Origin: Octopus sinensis
Taxonomy: Eukaryota
Assembly (NCBI RefSeq): GCF_006345805.1
Contig: NC_043013.1
Location: 24,242,001-24,306,000, forward strand
Reading direction: 5' to 3'
Length of the DNA: 64,000 nucleotides
In this document: in pieces, positions 25,821 to 38,231 of the stretch
Layout: every line of letters starts with the position of its first letter
Numbering within the stretch: the first letter of the stretch is position 1
Notes under the pieces: model-generated
Seen by the model: the letters and a program-made list of their open reading frames with translations, nothing else
Databases searched by the model: none
What the model was told of the DNA's origin: nothing
Position numbers and translations under genes: made by a program

Positions 25821-27732
25821 TATTATCGGAAAGGTTAGTTGAATGTGAGTGCATTTCCCAACAGTAGAGTATCGGGATTAGGAAAGGGCAATGGGTAGGC
25901 AAAATTTTTATTCCTGTTCGCCAATACACTATTATTATATTTCTTTACTACCCACAAGGGGCTAAACACGGAGGAGACAAACAAGGACAGACAGACGGAT
26001 TAAGTCGATTATATCAACCCCAGTGCGTAACTGGTACTTAATTTATCGACCCCGAAAGGATGAAAGGCAAAGTGAACCTCGGCGGAATTTGAACTCAGAA
26101 CGTAGCGACAGACGAAATACTGCTAAACATTTCGCCCGGCGTGCTAACGGTTCTGCCAGCTCGCCGCCTTCCCAATACACTATTATTATTACTCTTGCTT
26201 GTGGGTGATCGATTGCTAATTGAAATATCGATAAAGAAGGGAGACGACTGTAGTTGACTGCTGCTGTTAATGACATCATTAAAAGAAATGTTAATTGCGT
26301 CTAGTCTTCCACCTCTCTCCTGAAGTTCCAGATCGATGATGATGTAATTTTGACCTTTGCTGCTTAAAATTATTGTAAAAATGTCCGTAACTTACTGTTC
26401 ACCTGATGCTATTCACCGATTTATCATTATCATTGAATTTCTAAAACTGCATAAATGTTATACATCAATCCTTCTTGCGAGGTTCGTCACTTAACTATTT
26501 CCCTTTTCATATAATCCCACAAGATTCTTGTCTCCAACCCTTCAAACTCCGTACACTAATCTCCAATGAACAATAATTCTCTCCTTTTTAAATACAACAG
26601 GTGAGAGAAAAACGCGAGAAGAGATACAGAAGTTGTTTTCATAAACCAGGTATAAAGAAGTGAAGGTTGGTTTAGACTAAATCTATATTTATAATAATAA
26701 TAATAATAATACTTTGATTAATAAATGACTTAATTGAGAAATGGAATGGGAAATCAGAAGAAAAAATAATTTCATTAACAAAATACACATGATTAAAAAA
26801 ATGTGTCTGATATTGTAAAATTAATTTTACCAACAGGAAAAAAACAAATTTTAAAAGCAAAGTGCAAGATAATTAAACTAGACAAATCTTACAATATTAA
26901 AAAACAATCTTTAAATGAATTATTTTATAAGTTGGTAATTGTTGACTTTGTTTAGACATTGTTATGTTACGATTTTGCGAGTGCATTTATGTTGTATTGA
27001 AGGATTACACAATACATTTGATAGAATACAAATTTATCGTTCTTTAACGAAAGTAGTATTAACAGTGACTTCGAAATTTCGGTCGTCTCTCTCTCTCTCT
27101 TTCTCTCTCTGTCACACACACACACACTAGTCTCTGTCAGTTGCCCTCGTGTTAATTTGTAGACGGTAATGTTTTGGTTAAGATGGTTAATCATCAATTC
27201 TTGTACTTCAACCCTCGTTTATTCCATAACAATTCCAGTTTTGAAATCAAGATCTCCGTTTATCTTCAGATCCAGTTTAGTTTCGAACAACAGTACCGTC
27301 TTTTTGTGCTTAGTATTAATCAGACCCGTTTTCATTTTATTTTCATTTCGATAAACAATATTTCATGCCTAATTAAAGACCAGAGTTTCACCATAATACG
27401 GTGAGGAAATCTGAGAAATTAGTTTCCATAAAAGATATATTAAGTAATAAATAGAATATGTTATGGAAACAACAAAAGAGATGCCACGATAGGTTGTGAA
27501 AAGAAATAAAGACCAAGGTTTCTAATCGAGTCGCACTGTCACAAGAAAAGAAGAAAGTAGCAATTGTCAGGCATAAAATGAAATGACTTTAGGGATTGGC
27601 TGTGTGAGTACGGATCGACAAAGACATTGTTGGAAATTAATACTGGAATGACATTATAAATAAAAATAAACATTAATGAAGAGAGAAAGAGAGAGAGCAA
27701 ATAAAAGTGCATAGCAGATGTTTCATACATAC

Positions 27733-27795
27733 GGTAGCCCCAGCTATAGCATACACTAAGGTTCTGTAGGACAGTATTTCATTTATGAACGACAT
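27733..27795 (-). CDS. SLC25A17: SLC25A17/PMP34 peroxisomal carrier, coding exon 1 (MSFINEILSYRTLVYAIAGAT)
   Basis: ATG at 27795-27793, 63 nt, phase 0, donor GTATGT. Resembles the human PMP34 N-terminus MASVLSYESLVHAVAGAV (recalled sequence). Confidence 0.88.
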
Positions 27796-27833
27796 TTAAG
27801 GAAAACAAAATTCCGAATCCTTTCGTCAATAAG

Positions 27834-27923
27834 CTGTTAACTTATTTGAGACTTGGAATTAAACAAGGAGGAAAAAAAAAACAAAAACAAAAAGAATCCG
27901 AGCGCACTCACCGATTGACGTCA
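27834..27923 (-). promoter_or_regulatory. Probable 78-nt 5'UTR intron of SLC25A17 (27911-27834) and adjacent perfect CRE palindrome TGACGTCA (27916-27923)
   Basis: The minus strand reads GTGAGT, then a pyrimidine-rich tract, then TTAACAG 38 nt before the ATG. TGACGTCA lies immediately upstream. Confidence 0.45.
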
Positions 27924-28599
27924 GTTAGCTCCCTTCGTTTGCCACACAAAAGAAGCCGCAGGAGTTTGTTTAATTAGATCAGAAAAAGGTGTAAAACTGA
28001 TATTACACATTACTTGGTCATAAAACTAGAAACATAATAACTTACTTCCTCTTATATCAAACTGTTTCTATTGTGTAACTTGAAATGTATTTCCTCTGAA
28101 GGGTTAAGAATAGATTTATTGACTTGTTGCCCTCCTCTGCAACATTTAATATCTTCAATACCATCATCATCATCTTTTCTTTATTAACCTCTAGGTAAAG
28201 ACCCCCCTTTGGTCATGAATGACCATAGGATTGCACACACAAGTCCAAGCATGATCGTTTATGGAAGACCAGCAGTTGCTCATGAGAAAGGCAAAGGCCA
28301 GTACAGCTTGGCACCCTGTGATGTCACAACTCATTTCAGTCGATGAGTGAACGGAAAATAAAGTGTCTTGCTCAAGAACACAACATGCAGCCCAGTTCAG
28401 GAATTGAACTCACTACCTCATGGTTGTGAGCCTGATGCTCTAACCACTGAGGGTTCATATAAAAAGACTGGAGACGTACGATACAGAGTGGGACTGAAAC
28501 GTCTAAATAAAGAATAATGAAAATTCTAACAGCTAGAATCTCATAAAGGGGGAAACTTCCAAGGGCTGCTCGTGGAAACCCAACAAAAACCATGATCAC

Positions 28600-31500
28600 T
28601 CTGACCTTAGGGCAAGTGTCCTCTTCTCTTCATCAACCCTCGATCGAGAGGTGCATACTCTCTATAGAACGCCTGAGTGGAACTTCCACTGACTGCATTG
28701 CATGACCAATAGGGGATTGTGAGTGCCAGATGACACTCTAGGTGCCATGTGCCCTGCCTTGATCTACCTTGATCCACCCTACTCGTCACCTCGTCCCAGT
28801 TCTTCTCCACCTGGAGATCCGGACCAAACCAAATGTTGAACAATTTAATCAGTTTCTCTGCCCAGCATCCCACAACATTGTTGGACTTGCTTCTCCAAGG
28901 GCTGAGCTACAGGGTTCACTGAGTTTTCTTAATTAATTTTTGCTCCTGTCACCACCTTGTATTCTTTTAGAGCAATGCTGACCAGGTCTATGTGCGTGGT
29001 CACTATGACAATGATGTCGCCTGTTTATGCCAACACAGTTCTCCCTTGTCCTAGTTCACTTGGGATGCCTCTCAATACCTTTAATTTCCATAGTAGTGGC
29101 TCTAGAGCCAATACGTACAGAAGAGACGAGAGGGGACACCTTGATGGACCAAATACATGGTGCTGAAAGGTTCCAATAGGTAACTATTCACCTGAACTAA
29201 CAAATGTTTCTTTTAGCAGTTTCTTTACCGACCCTGTCTGTGATGTATCATAGGAGGTGAAGGTTGTTATGGATGGATCTGCTTAGGATTGCGCATCATC
29301 AACCAGTTCCTAGACAGCCAAAATTTTGAAATCTGCATGCAGCAGTGTTATGGGCCTAAAATTTTCTATCTCACCCACCACTTGTCTAGGTTCTTTCTTA
29401 GCAGTACCACCGCTCCTCGACTCACAGAATTGGGAATTCTCACACCAGTTGCAGTAGATATCTACTAAAAGACTGCCAAATGAGTCTGGCATATGAAAGT
29501 AAAGCGCATAGGGTAGACCTTCCAGACCTGGCGATTCGACCCACCCCTCCCTCGTGCAACCAGTCATCACATCCTGTATTTCCATGTCTGTGATTGGCAT
29601 TTCACAACACCCTGGCCACCTTGCCAAGAATTGTGACATGCCGTTGAGGTAGGCACTGAAGTCCATCTTGCATTCCAGGATGCCATTCATCCAAAACAGT
29701 TGGGTGAAGTGCCACTGAAATGCTGCACACATCAGCTTGGGCTTGAGTACCGTTTGCCCATTTTGTTCCACCAAAGATTGAATTGTGGCTTTGTTGTCAC
29801 GTATCTCTGCCATTCGGGCTCATTGAATGGTTTTCATTCCCTCTTGTCTTAGACAATGCAACCTTCATGTTTAGTGTTGAAGAATTGGTTCAGAGTCAAT
29901 CTGACGGCCAGTTTGTTGGTTGCAATGGCTTTCCGAAGTGCCTCTTCTAAGTTTCCTTCTTTTTATATTTCTTTCTATCACTAATGCCTTACTAAACCTA
30001 ACTGATTCTACTCTAATTGCGCTTTTCAGGACAAAGCACCATCCGTTGTTGACGATTGCCCCCATCAACGCCTGCTTAACTTATTCTCTAATCTGGTCTC
30101 TGTATGCTTGGCACACTGCGAGTTATGTGTTCAGCTGGGTCCTTGCTTTCTGAGCATATCTAGGTTGACCGTACAGATCACAAACTTGTGGTCTGTATAG
30201 CCAATGAGTTTGAAAAGTGAACAACTTGTCCTATCCTTATCTACTGGCCTACAGAATACTTTGTATAGATAGGACCTGGGTGACCTGATGCAATTCGGTC
30301 ATGTCCACATTGGTACATCTGGGAAATCCATGGGTATTTGTCAAATAGTTGGAAATGTCTAAGCAGGTTTGCTTGGCTTTTACCACCCGCTATTCTATCT
30401 GCTAGCTCCACACAGACCAACCATAGTTCTAAGATGGCATTCCAATCGCCCACCAACACTAAAGGTGGAGACGTCTCTAGCAAAACCTCCAGACATCTGA
30501 AAAAGTTCAGCTGTCCTGCTCCTGTCAGAGCATAAACAACCATGAGTTTGAGGGCACCCCTGTCACTACTGTTCACATCCAAGACCACCAACATAACTTC
30601 TGGGTCCAGGAAGACAGTTGTTATCTTGAGATGCAGACCTTCTCTGGAAGAACATTGCAGTTCCACTTCACTCCATTCCAGGTTGACATGAATTTAAATA
30701 GATCTTATATCCACCAAAAATGGGGCATGAATGCTTGTTGGTCAGAATCTGGCTTCACTGATAGCCACTACATCAACACTTACTGATGTGAGGTTGTTGA
30801 GTAGATGACTTTGTTTCCAAGATGACACCAGGCCATGTGCATTTATGCTGTTTATTCTAAGTAACACCATGTCAGATTAAGGAATAAGTGCAGAAAAGGT
30901 TACTTACAGTAATTTTATTGGTGAGGTGTGGATGAATGTTCCATCCCCACGGTCAAACGTGAACGTTTCTGTGAGCAGTTCTTTATACAGTTTTTTGTCG
31001 ATATCTCTCCTGAAAACCCCTACTCCTTCACGATATTTAATTTCTATGGTGTTGTATGTATTTTTGTGATGTTAGGATGACTTTTATGTGTATTGGTATG
31101 TTGATTGTTGGTGTGATAAAATCGGTGTGATGTCTGTATGGTTATGGATGTGTTCCAAAGTTCTTTATTGTTTGTGTTTATTGCTGTGTAGTTAATGATG
31201 TTTGAATTTTGCTGGTGTTGGGATGTGTGACCTGAGAATTGGGTTGTGCTTGTGATGGTGGTGATGGGGATAATGTTGTTATTGACAGTACTGATGTGGC
31301 TGCTGCTGCTGGAGGTGAAGTATTTGTGTATATTTGTTTTGAAAGGCATCTCTCCCCTTTGATCATATCTGCCAGCTTTTTTGTGTTGATGTCAGTGTTT
31401 TTTAGTTATTTATCTTTTGTTAGAGCTGCTGACTTTTTACCATTTAGGCTCTTCCTTGTCCCCCTCTCCAGGGGATATGTCCACCTGATCTGCACAGAGA

Positions 31501-32340
31501 AGTGATATGTCTTGCGGAGATTTTTGCTTTTGATTATAAAGTTCTTGTTTTGGGGTATTCTGATGCTGATGTTTTTGCTGCTGTCTGGTATGTGGATGTC
31601 ATAGATGTTGGTGAGTTCTCTGTTGTATTTGTTGCTGTCGGTGCTGCTGCTGTTACTATCGTTTTTGCAGCTGCAGTGGTCACCTGCTTTTGCTGTTGTT
31701 GTGGTGGTGACAAAACTAAGGTGGAGAGCTCCCTTCTCATTTTTGTTGTGAGCAAGGGCCTTTAGATGATTTATGTCCCCACACAGGTGACACCTTGGCT
31801 TTCTACCCTCAGTGGCCATGTAGAGGTTGGTGCCATTTGGTAAATTTATGATATCTGGAATTGTTTCCAGACTTTCATTATCCATTTGCACATACAAATC
31901 CAAGCCTTGCCAAACCCATTTTGTTCATTCAGTTTCCACACCTGTAGCATGTTTATTTTGTCCTCTATGTCCAGGAGGACAGCTGCCACCTACCAGTAGA
32001 TGTCTGTTTCTGGTGGTACATCTCTAATTTTTATTTTTGCTCATCTACGACCCAGGCATATGGGATACCAGAAAGAGGTCTTCGTTTCTTAGGGTCAAAG
32101 TGGAGCGCTTCCTTGCCTCATGCTCTGAGGCAGATCTCACATCTACACTACCATATCTTTTCCCTCTTGCAATATAGGTTTTCGTGTCCTATACTGGACA
32201 GATATTTTTCAAGTTGTGTTTGTGTTACTTGTTCTAATCTGTGACTTTGGACATTTTTTTGTTTTATAAATTATAGTTTTTCTTAATGTATCTTGCACAA
32301 TGTCTTCAGGAGTATTAAGGGTTACTCTTCCGTTTCTTTT
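28600..32340 (-). mobile_element. Degenerate L1/Tx1-clade LINE (ORF1 zinc knuckle, APE endonuclease, RT start)
   Basis: CHLCGDINHL knuckle; LVLVGDWNA and SINA.GL...DVVAISE endonuclease motifs; SPGLEGLPY and ENFRPITLLHADFKILA RT motifs. Many stops. Confidence 0.85.
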
Positions 32341-32749
32341 TAATTAGGATTTTGTATTTCTTAAATTGTCTATCAACAGATTTATATTTTCTTGTTTGCT
32401 TCATTGTAGATGTGATATTTCTCTTAATTCCCTCTTCTTTTCATGGGAGAGTCTGAGAACACACACACACACACACACACACATGCATGCACACTCACAC
32501 ACACACACACACTCACATGCATGCACACACACATGCATGTACACTCACACACGCATGCACACACACACACGACAGGCTTCTGCAGAACTTCCACTTTGGT
32601 CAGCCCAGAGATGTAGTAGGAGGCACTTGTCCGAAATTCAGTGCAGTGGGACTGAACCCAAAAATACACTATTTTGAAACAGACACCGTAATGTCATAAC
32701 TGTGCTTGTGATTAGGTGTGTGTGAATATATATATATATATATATATAC

Positions 32750-33112
32750 ATGTAAAAGCACCATCCGTTCATGGCCGTTTGCCAGCTCTGTCTGGCCCCC
32801 GTGTCGGTGGTACGTAAAAGCACCATCCGTTCGTGTCCGTTGCCAGCATCGCCTGGCCCCGTGCCGGTGACACGTAAAAGCACCATCCGTTCGTGGCCGT
32901 TAGCCAGCTCTGTCTGGCACCTGTGCGGGTGGCACGTAAAAAGCACCCACTACACTCTCGGAGTGGTTGGCGTTAGGAAGGGCATCCAGCTGTAGAAACA
33001 CTGCCAGATCTGACTGGGCCTGACGAAGCCTTCCAGCTTCACAGACCCCAGTTGAACCATCCAACCCATGCTAGCATGGAAAGCGGACGCTAAATGATGA
33101 TGATGATGATGA

Positions 33113-33115
<3 letters not shown>
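32750..33115 (+). mobile_element. Non-autonomous RTE 3'-tail element with TAAAAGCACCATCCG subrepeats (also 16258-16520 -, 40220-40500 +, 42250-42540 -)
   Basis: Matches 10790-11104 of the RTE copy and ends in (GAT)n. Confidence 0.82.
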
Positions 33116-33153
<38 letters not shown>

Positions 33154-34469
33154 TATATACTAGACTACCTCTGACCTGTTGAGTCTCTAGGAAACTGAGT
33201 TTCCCAGCAACAGAGTTTTGTTTCATGGGATTTTTTTTCTTTTCCATGTTGTTTTGCATGCTTTCAATGAATGTGACATTGAAATCACACATAAATGGCA
33301 CCTTTCCTCAGAAAAGGAAAGATTTGGCTGCTATTTTTTGCGTGCCCTGTTACCACATGACAGGTATTTTGGGTCCTTTATCGTAAATAGCTGTTACTTG
33401 GTAGCAGGGCGTGCTAGAAATAGCAGCCAAATCTTTGGTGGCAAGATATGTTGAATGCACTCAAAAAACACCTCTGGGAAAAAAATATTTCACACTGAAG
33501 TTACAAACAGGTCTTTTATGAAATACCAAATTTTAAAAGTCATTTTCACTTTAGAATATTTTTTAAATATGCCAAAAAAACTTTTTGTAATGGTATTCAC
33601 TTGAAAATAATTTAAAAGAAACATTAAAATATTGTCTGTTTAAAGAAATCTAAAACATAAATACTTATTGTACGAATAACTTACATTTTTGAAATCACAT
33701 TCACTTTAAAATATTTCAAAATGATAAAAATATTGTGTTTAACAAAAGCAAAAATAGAAACATTTATTGTAAAGAAACAAATTGTATGTTTTTGTTGTCA
33801 AATCAAAAGATAAGAGTTTCTTCCCTTTCAGGATTAAGATTATTTTCGGAAAAATTTTCCCATTATGCACCATTTTGGGTATTTATACCCTGGAAACCTC
33901 TAATATATCCAAAACCACTTGTCCGATTTATGCAAAACTTGTTTTATTTAGTTTGTATTAACATTTCAGGGTAAGCTTAATTCATAGTATTTTCCCATTA
34001 TGCACTAGTTTGGCTGGGTAACATTGCAAGCAAACAAGCAAGCAAGATTCAAGCTGACTTTTAATGTATTATATCATCATCATCGTTTAACGTCCGCTTT
34101 CCAAAAACGATATATATACATATATATATTGGTATGTAGTTAAGTCGATGTCCAGTCATAGGGTGACCAATGGTTTCACATCCACAAAGGGCTGAAGACA
34201 AATGTAATGCCTCACCTCTGGGAGGCAGGAATCTGTTACAGTCATTTGGTCAGTGAATCACCAAAGAATAAATACCTTGGGGTCAGTGAAGATGGGTAAA
34301 TCACCTTAGACCAGTTCATCTGGGCCAAAAGAGGGGGAACAGGGTATTTTTCTCTTGAGTTGCTTTTAGATCATAAGGACCTTCCAGGTCTAATTGGAGA
34401 ACAAGGAATCCCATGCTTGTAGCAGGTAGTGTTTGAAATAGATGCAAGATATATTGATTTCCTGGCAAA

Positions 34470-34745
34470 TGTTCAGTAATCCAGATTCCAGGGAGTCTTT
34501 GAGTATCCTTGCTTGCTCAGCTAAACAAATCTTACAGCCTTTGCTCCCATTAATGTAGGGGCCTGGCCACTTTAAGATCCTCCACTCGATATTGTATGGG
34601 GTCCCTTCATCTTTGAGGTACTACTCATAGCTGGCCAGGGATGTGACAAATCATCTTTCTGGAATCCTGAAAGAGGACCTGTGGTTGTACAGGCGCTGCT
34701 TCAAGTCTGTCCCGACTGACCTGATATATTTTCCAGGTTTCAGTG
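34470..34745 (-). mobile_element. Penelope-like GIY-YIG endonuclease remnant
   Basis: Minus-strand translation KYIRSVGTDLKQRLYNHRSSFR...TSLASY...YNIEWRIL...CKICLAE, with stops. Confidence 0.65.
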
Positions 34746-35668
34746 CTGGCACATCATTGGTTGGCTCTGGGCTTGGAGATGTTGTTGCCACCAGTGTTGC
34801 TGGAGCTGCCATTGGTGCTGTCCTCATTATGAAGTGTAGGGCTGGAGATATTGTTGTGGTGGTCATCCTTGGCAGAAGAACTCATGAGAGTCAATGGCCA
34901 TCCAACAATGCGTGTGTGAGTATATTTATTATTTGTTTCAGTCATTTGACTGTGGCCATGCTGGAGCACCACTTTTAGTCGAACAAATCGATCCCAGGAC
35001 TTATTCTTTGTAAGCCTAGTATTTATCCTATCGGTCTCTTTTGCCGAACCGCTAAATTACGGGGACGTAAACTCACCAAAGCATCTTTTTATATTTATTT
35101 TTTTATATATTCTATTTTTTATTTGCTTATACACACGAGAGTGTGAAGGACTAAGGGAATAAACCCCTACAGAAAATCAGGAGGAAGGGTCCTTAAAGTA
35201 GTTGGTGGGGAGGACTGAGACAAACCATCTAGAATGGAGACAAAACTTCCCTCCGCCGGGTCTCCAGATGGCGGATTTGTGAAAAGCCTCCAGATATGAA
35301 GGTCAGCTATGAATATAAAAATGAATAGTCCTGAACCAAACATACCTAGAAGAGTAAACCTGAATGTTAAAGGATCCCAGCTTTCAATTGCAGGAGGCTG
35401 GTGTGTGGTGGATGCAAATTTCAACAAAATGTTTCATTGGATCCACGCAATTTCTGCCTCGCCAAAGGAAATCCTGTCTCTACAAATGAAGAAATGCAAT
35501 CTACAAGACGAGCAGGTGACTTCTGTCAGTATCAAGCTATTGAAAAGCCAAAATGACAAAGGGTGGTGGTGGTGGGGCATAATAAAATGTGTGAGCTTTC
35601 AAGTTTTACCTCATTAGATATACACCCTTGTATTTTCCTCATGCAAAAACTAAACGAATAACTTTTAT

Positions 35669-36065
35669 GGCGATCTTTCGTCTCTAGTAGACCTTTCCAT
35701 CGATTTCCGTAAAAAATTTTTTTTTTTTACATATGGGCTTGCGGGAACTTTTGAAGTAATATACATACATATACACATACACTGAGTAAAAAATTTCAGT
35801 TATCTCTTTCTTTCACACACACTAACAGAAGCACTTCACTTACACAACATGCTGTCTGTCTCCCACACCCCATCAAACACACACACATGTACATCAATGC
35901 TTCACATGCACGGTAACTTCAAAAGAACTTCCCTCGTCATACAATCGCTTTCTCTTAGTCTCTTTCGCTCTCATTACTTCAAAAGTTCCCGCAAGCCCAT
36001 ATGTAAAAAAAAAAAAAATTTTTACAGAAATCGACGGAAAGGTCTACTAGAGACGAAAGATTGCC
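35669..36065. mobile_element. Merlin-like MITE with about 92-bp TIRs and perfect 8-bp TSD
   Basis: GGCGATCTTTCGTCTCTAGTAGACC...GGTCTACTAGAGACGAAAGATTGCC; TSD ACTTTTAT on both sides. Confidence 0.88.
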
Positions 36066-36668
36066 ACTTTTATTCATTTTACCACGTTGCTCAAGCACGG
36101 TATTGGTTGTTATTGCTAAAACAAACGAAAGCATAGAAACAAAAAAAAATGACAAACAAAATAATCAACTGCGCGCGAAAAAAAAGAAAGAAAAATATAT
36201 ATACATGCCAAGTGCCCAAGAGACTGCAGTCTGACCAAAAATAAATAAAGAATCAAAAGTGAAATCGACAGGGTTATTAATAACAGTAAGTGAAGTAATT
36301 AAAATCGGTTTCGGCGAAGGTTTCTAAGTGTTGTCTAGACGAACACATGAACGGCGAAGGTAAAAGAGGGTTTAGCGTTAGGGTGACACCGAAAACGAGT
36401 GGTGTGCGTATTCTTTACCTCCACCCACATAAACATTCTCAGTTAATTGAAATCTCCCTCTTAGTTGGCAAAAGAAAACACATTACCAATTTTTGTTTCA
36501 TCTCTTCAAATAACAGAAATTTCAATGAACTGCGACGTTTTTCAATTCATCATGACTTAACCCAAATTTAATGGTGAACGTATATTTATGGAACACCGTA
36601 AACATGTCTTTTTACCGCCAATATTCTAATTGAAGTTGATATTTGTTTCCATCTTCGAAACATCGAAC

Positions 36669-36851
36669 ATGGTCCGTCGTAAAAGTAGTCCTAGGAATCG
36701 CACGTATTCTTCCAGTGGTTCAACAACGCCATTTGATGAATCTGGCTCCAGTCAATCAACTCGTAGAAAATCCTTACAAAATCGATCTCGGAATACACCT
36801 AAAAAAGTACGAAAGGTGCAAAGGGTTCTTTTAGAAATCCGGAAATACCAG
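36669..36851 (+). CDS. CENPA: Centromeric histone H3 variant CENP-A/CenH3-like, exon 1 (MVRRKSSPRNRTYSSSGSTTPFDESGSSQSTRRKSLQNRSRNTPKKVRKVQRVLLEIRKYQ)
   Basis: Basic Ser/Arg-rich tail unalignable to canonical H3, ending in the alphaN helix L.EIRKYQ. Donor CAG/GTTGGT, phase 0. Confidence 0.85.
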
Positions 36852-37417
36852 GTTGGTTTATGAATTTATTTTAAAACATTGATTAAAGACTACCTTTCTC
36901 TTTGGTATATCGCCCACCTGACACGGCAGAGGAGGGTTCACTCGGAGTTTATTAGTCGCAGAGACTGCCACCAGTTGCCTCTTCGTCTAGATTTTATTCT
37001 GTTATGTAGCATGGTATCCCATTTCTGTCTGTTTCTCAGGAAATCAATTTCATTGTACAATATTTTTATCGCAGATGTAAACAAACAAGCTAAAGGAAAG
37101 CGAAAAAGAAAATATCTTGGCTTTATGTTTCCCTTTACTCTCTCTTTTACTTGTTTCAGTCATTTGACTGCGGCCATGCTGGAGCACCGCCTTTATAGTC
37201 GAGCATATCGACCCCAGAGCTTATTCTTTGTAAGCCTAGTACTTATTCTATCGGTCTCTTTTGCCGAACCACTAAGTTACTAGGACGTAAACACACCAGC
37301 ATCGGTTGTCAAACGATGTTGGGGGACAAACACAAACACATATATACGACGGGCTTCTTCCAGTTTCCGTCTACCAAATCAACTCACAAGGCTTTGGTCG
37401 GCCCGAGGCTATAGAAG

Positions 37418-38000
37418 AATGAGTCTTTAATAAACTTTTTTGCCTCCTGCAGGCATTCCAGCGACCGCAAGTTGGGGTCCTTTACACATGCTCTATACTC
37501 TTCCTTTGAGAAGGAGTCCAATATGTGATAAAAGTTCCTTTCTTCCAGTACCTGAGCAACCACCTGTGGAGGCCACTCTGGAAGACAAGTCGAGTCTATT
37601 AGGTCCCGACTATCAAAGGAACTTTTTATATAGTTCTCTATAGCCCCTCCCTTGAGATCGAAGATGATATGTTCTTCAATATTTCCACTGGGAGGGGGCC
37701 TTCTTCCCCACCTCCGGTGGCTCACGTTCCACCGAAGGGGTTTCGGAACATGCCGCCGGTGCACCAGCAACCACCGGCGATGCCCCATTTTTCTTTCTTT
37801 TCTTTTCCCCCCCCCCTTTTTCGCGTCGGGAGAGTGAGGTTCCTCCGATTTGTCCGTATGTCCCTCCTTCCCTCCCGCCGCCCCGGGATCCATCGGGGGG
37901 GGGGGGAGGCAACCATTGTTGTCCACCTTCTTTTCTTTTTTTTCCTTTCGGCCATCTAAGACCGGATGCCTGACAAACAGCCTCTTTTATTCTTTCATGT
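37418..38000 (-). mobile_element. GC-rich LINE 5' end / ORF1-like fragment in the CENP-A intron
   Basis: Open frame from ATG 37926 (MDNNGCLPPPPMDPG...EEHIIFDLKGG), fused onto a SINE. L1/Tx1 ORF1-like composition; family assignment is tentative. Confidence 0.45.
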
Positions 38001-38231
38001 TGCTAGATGTCTCCTGTCTCTGTTATTACATTTGTTAAAACTGAGAATTTGTGCTCACTGAGTCAAGAAGTTGTGAACTGGAGCATAGCAAGGATGGCTT
38101 TCCTTGACTCCTTTTCGGTGGAGGAGATCCAAAAGCAGTTCCTTGCTTGTTTATATCAATTTCCTGAACAAACTTTTAACGAATCCCATTAAGTAACATT
38201 TCCCCCATTACAAGCTTTCCTAAATATTCTC

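Noticed and set aside
26396-26445. Possible extra SLC25A17 exon (AG...GTAAGT on the minus strand)
   Set aside because: Exons 1 and 2 already join in frame and match PMP34; this segment shows no similarity to the carrier.
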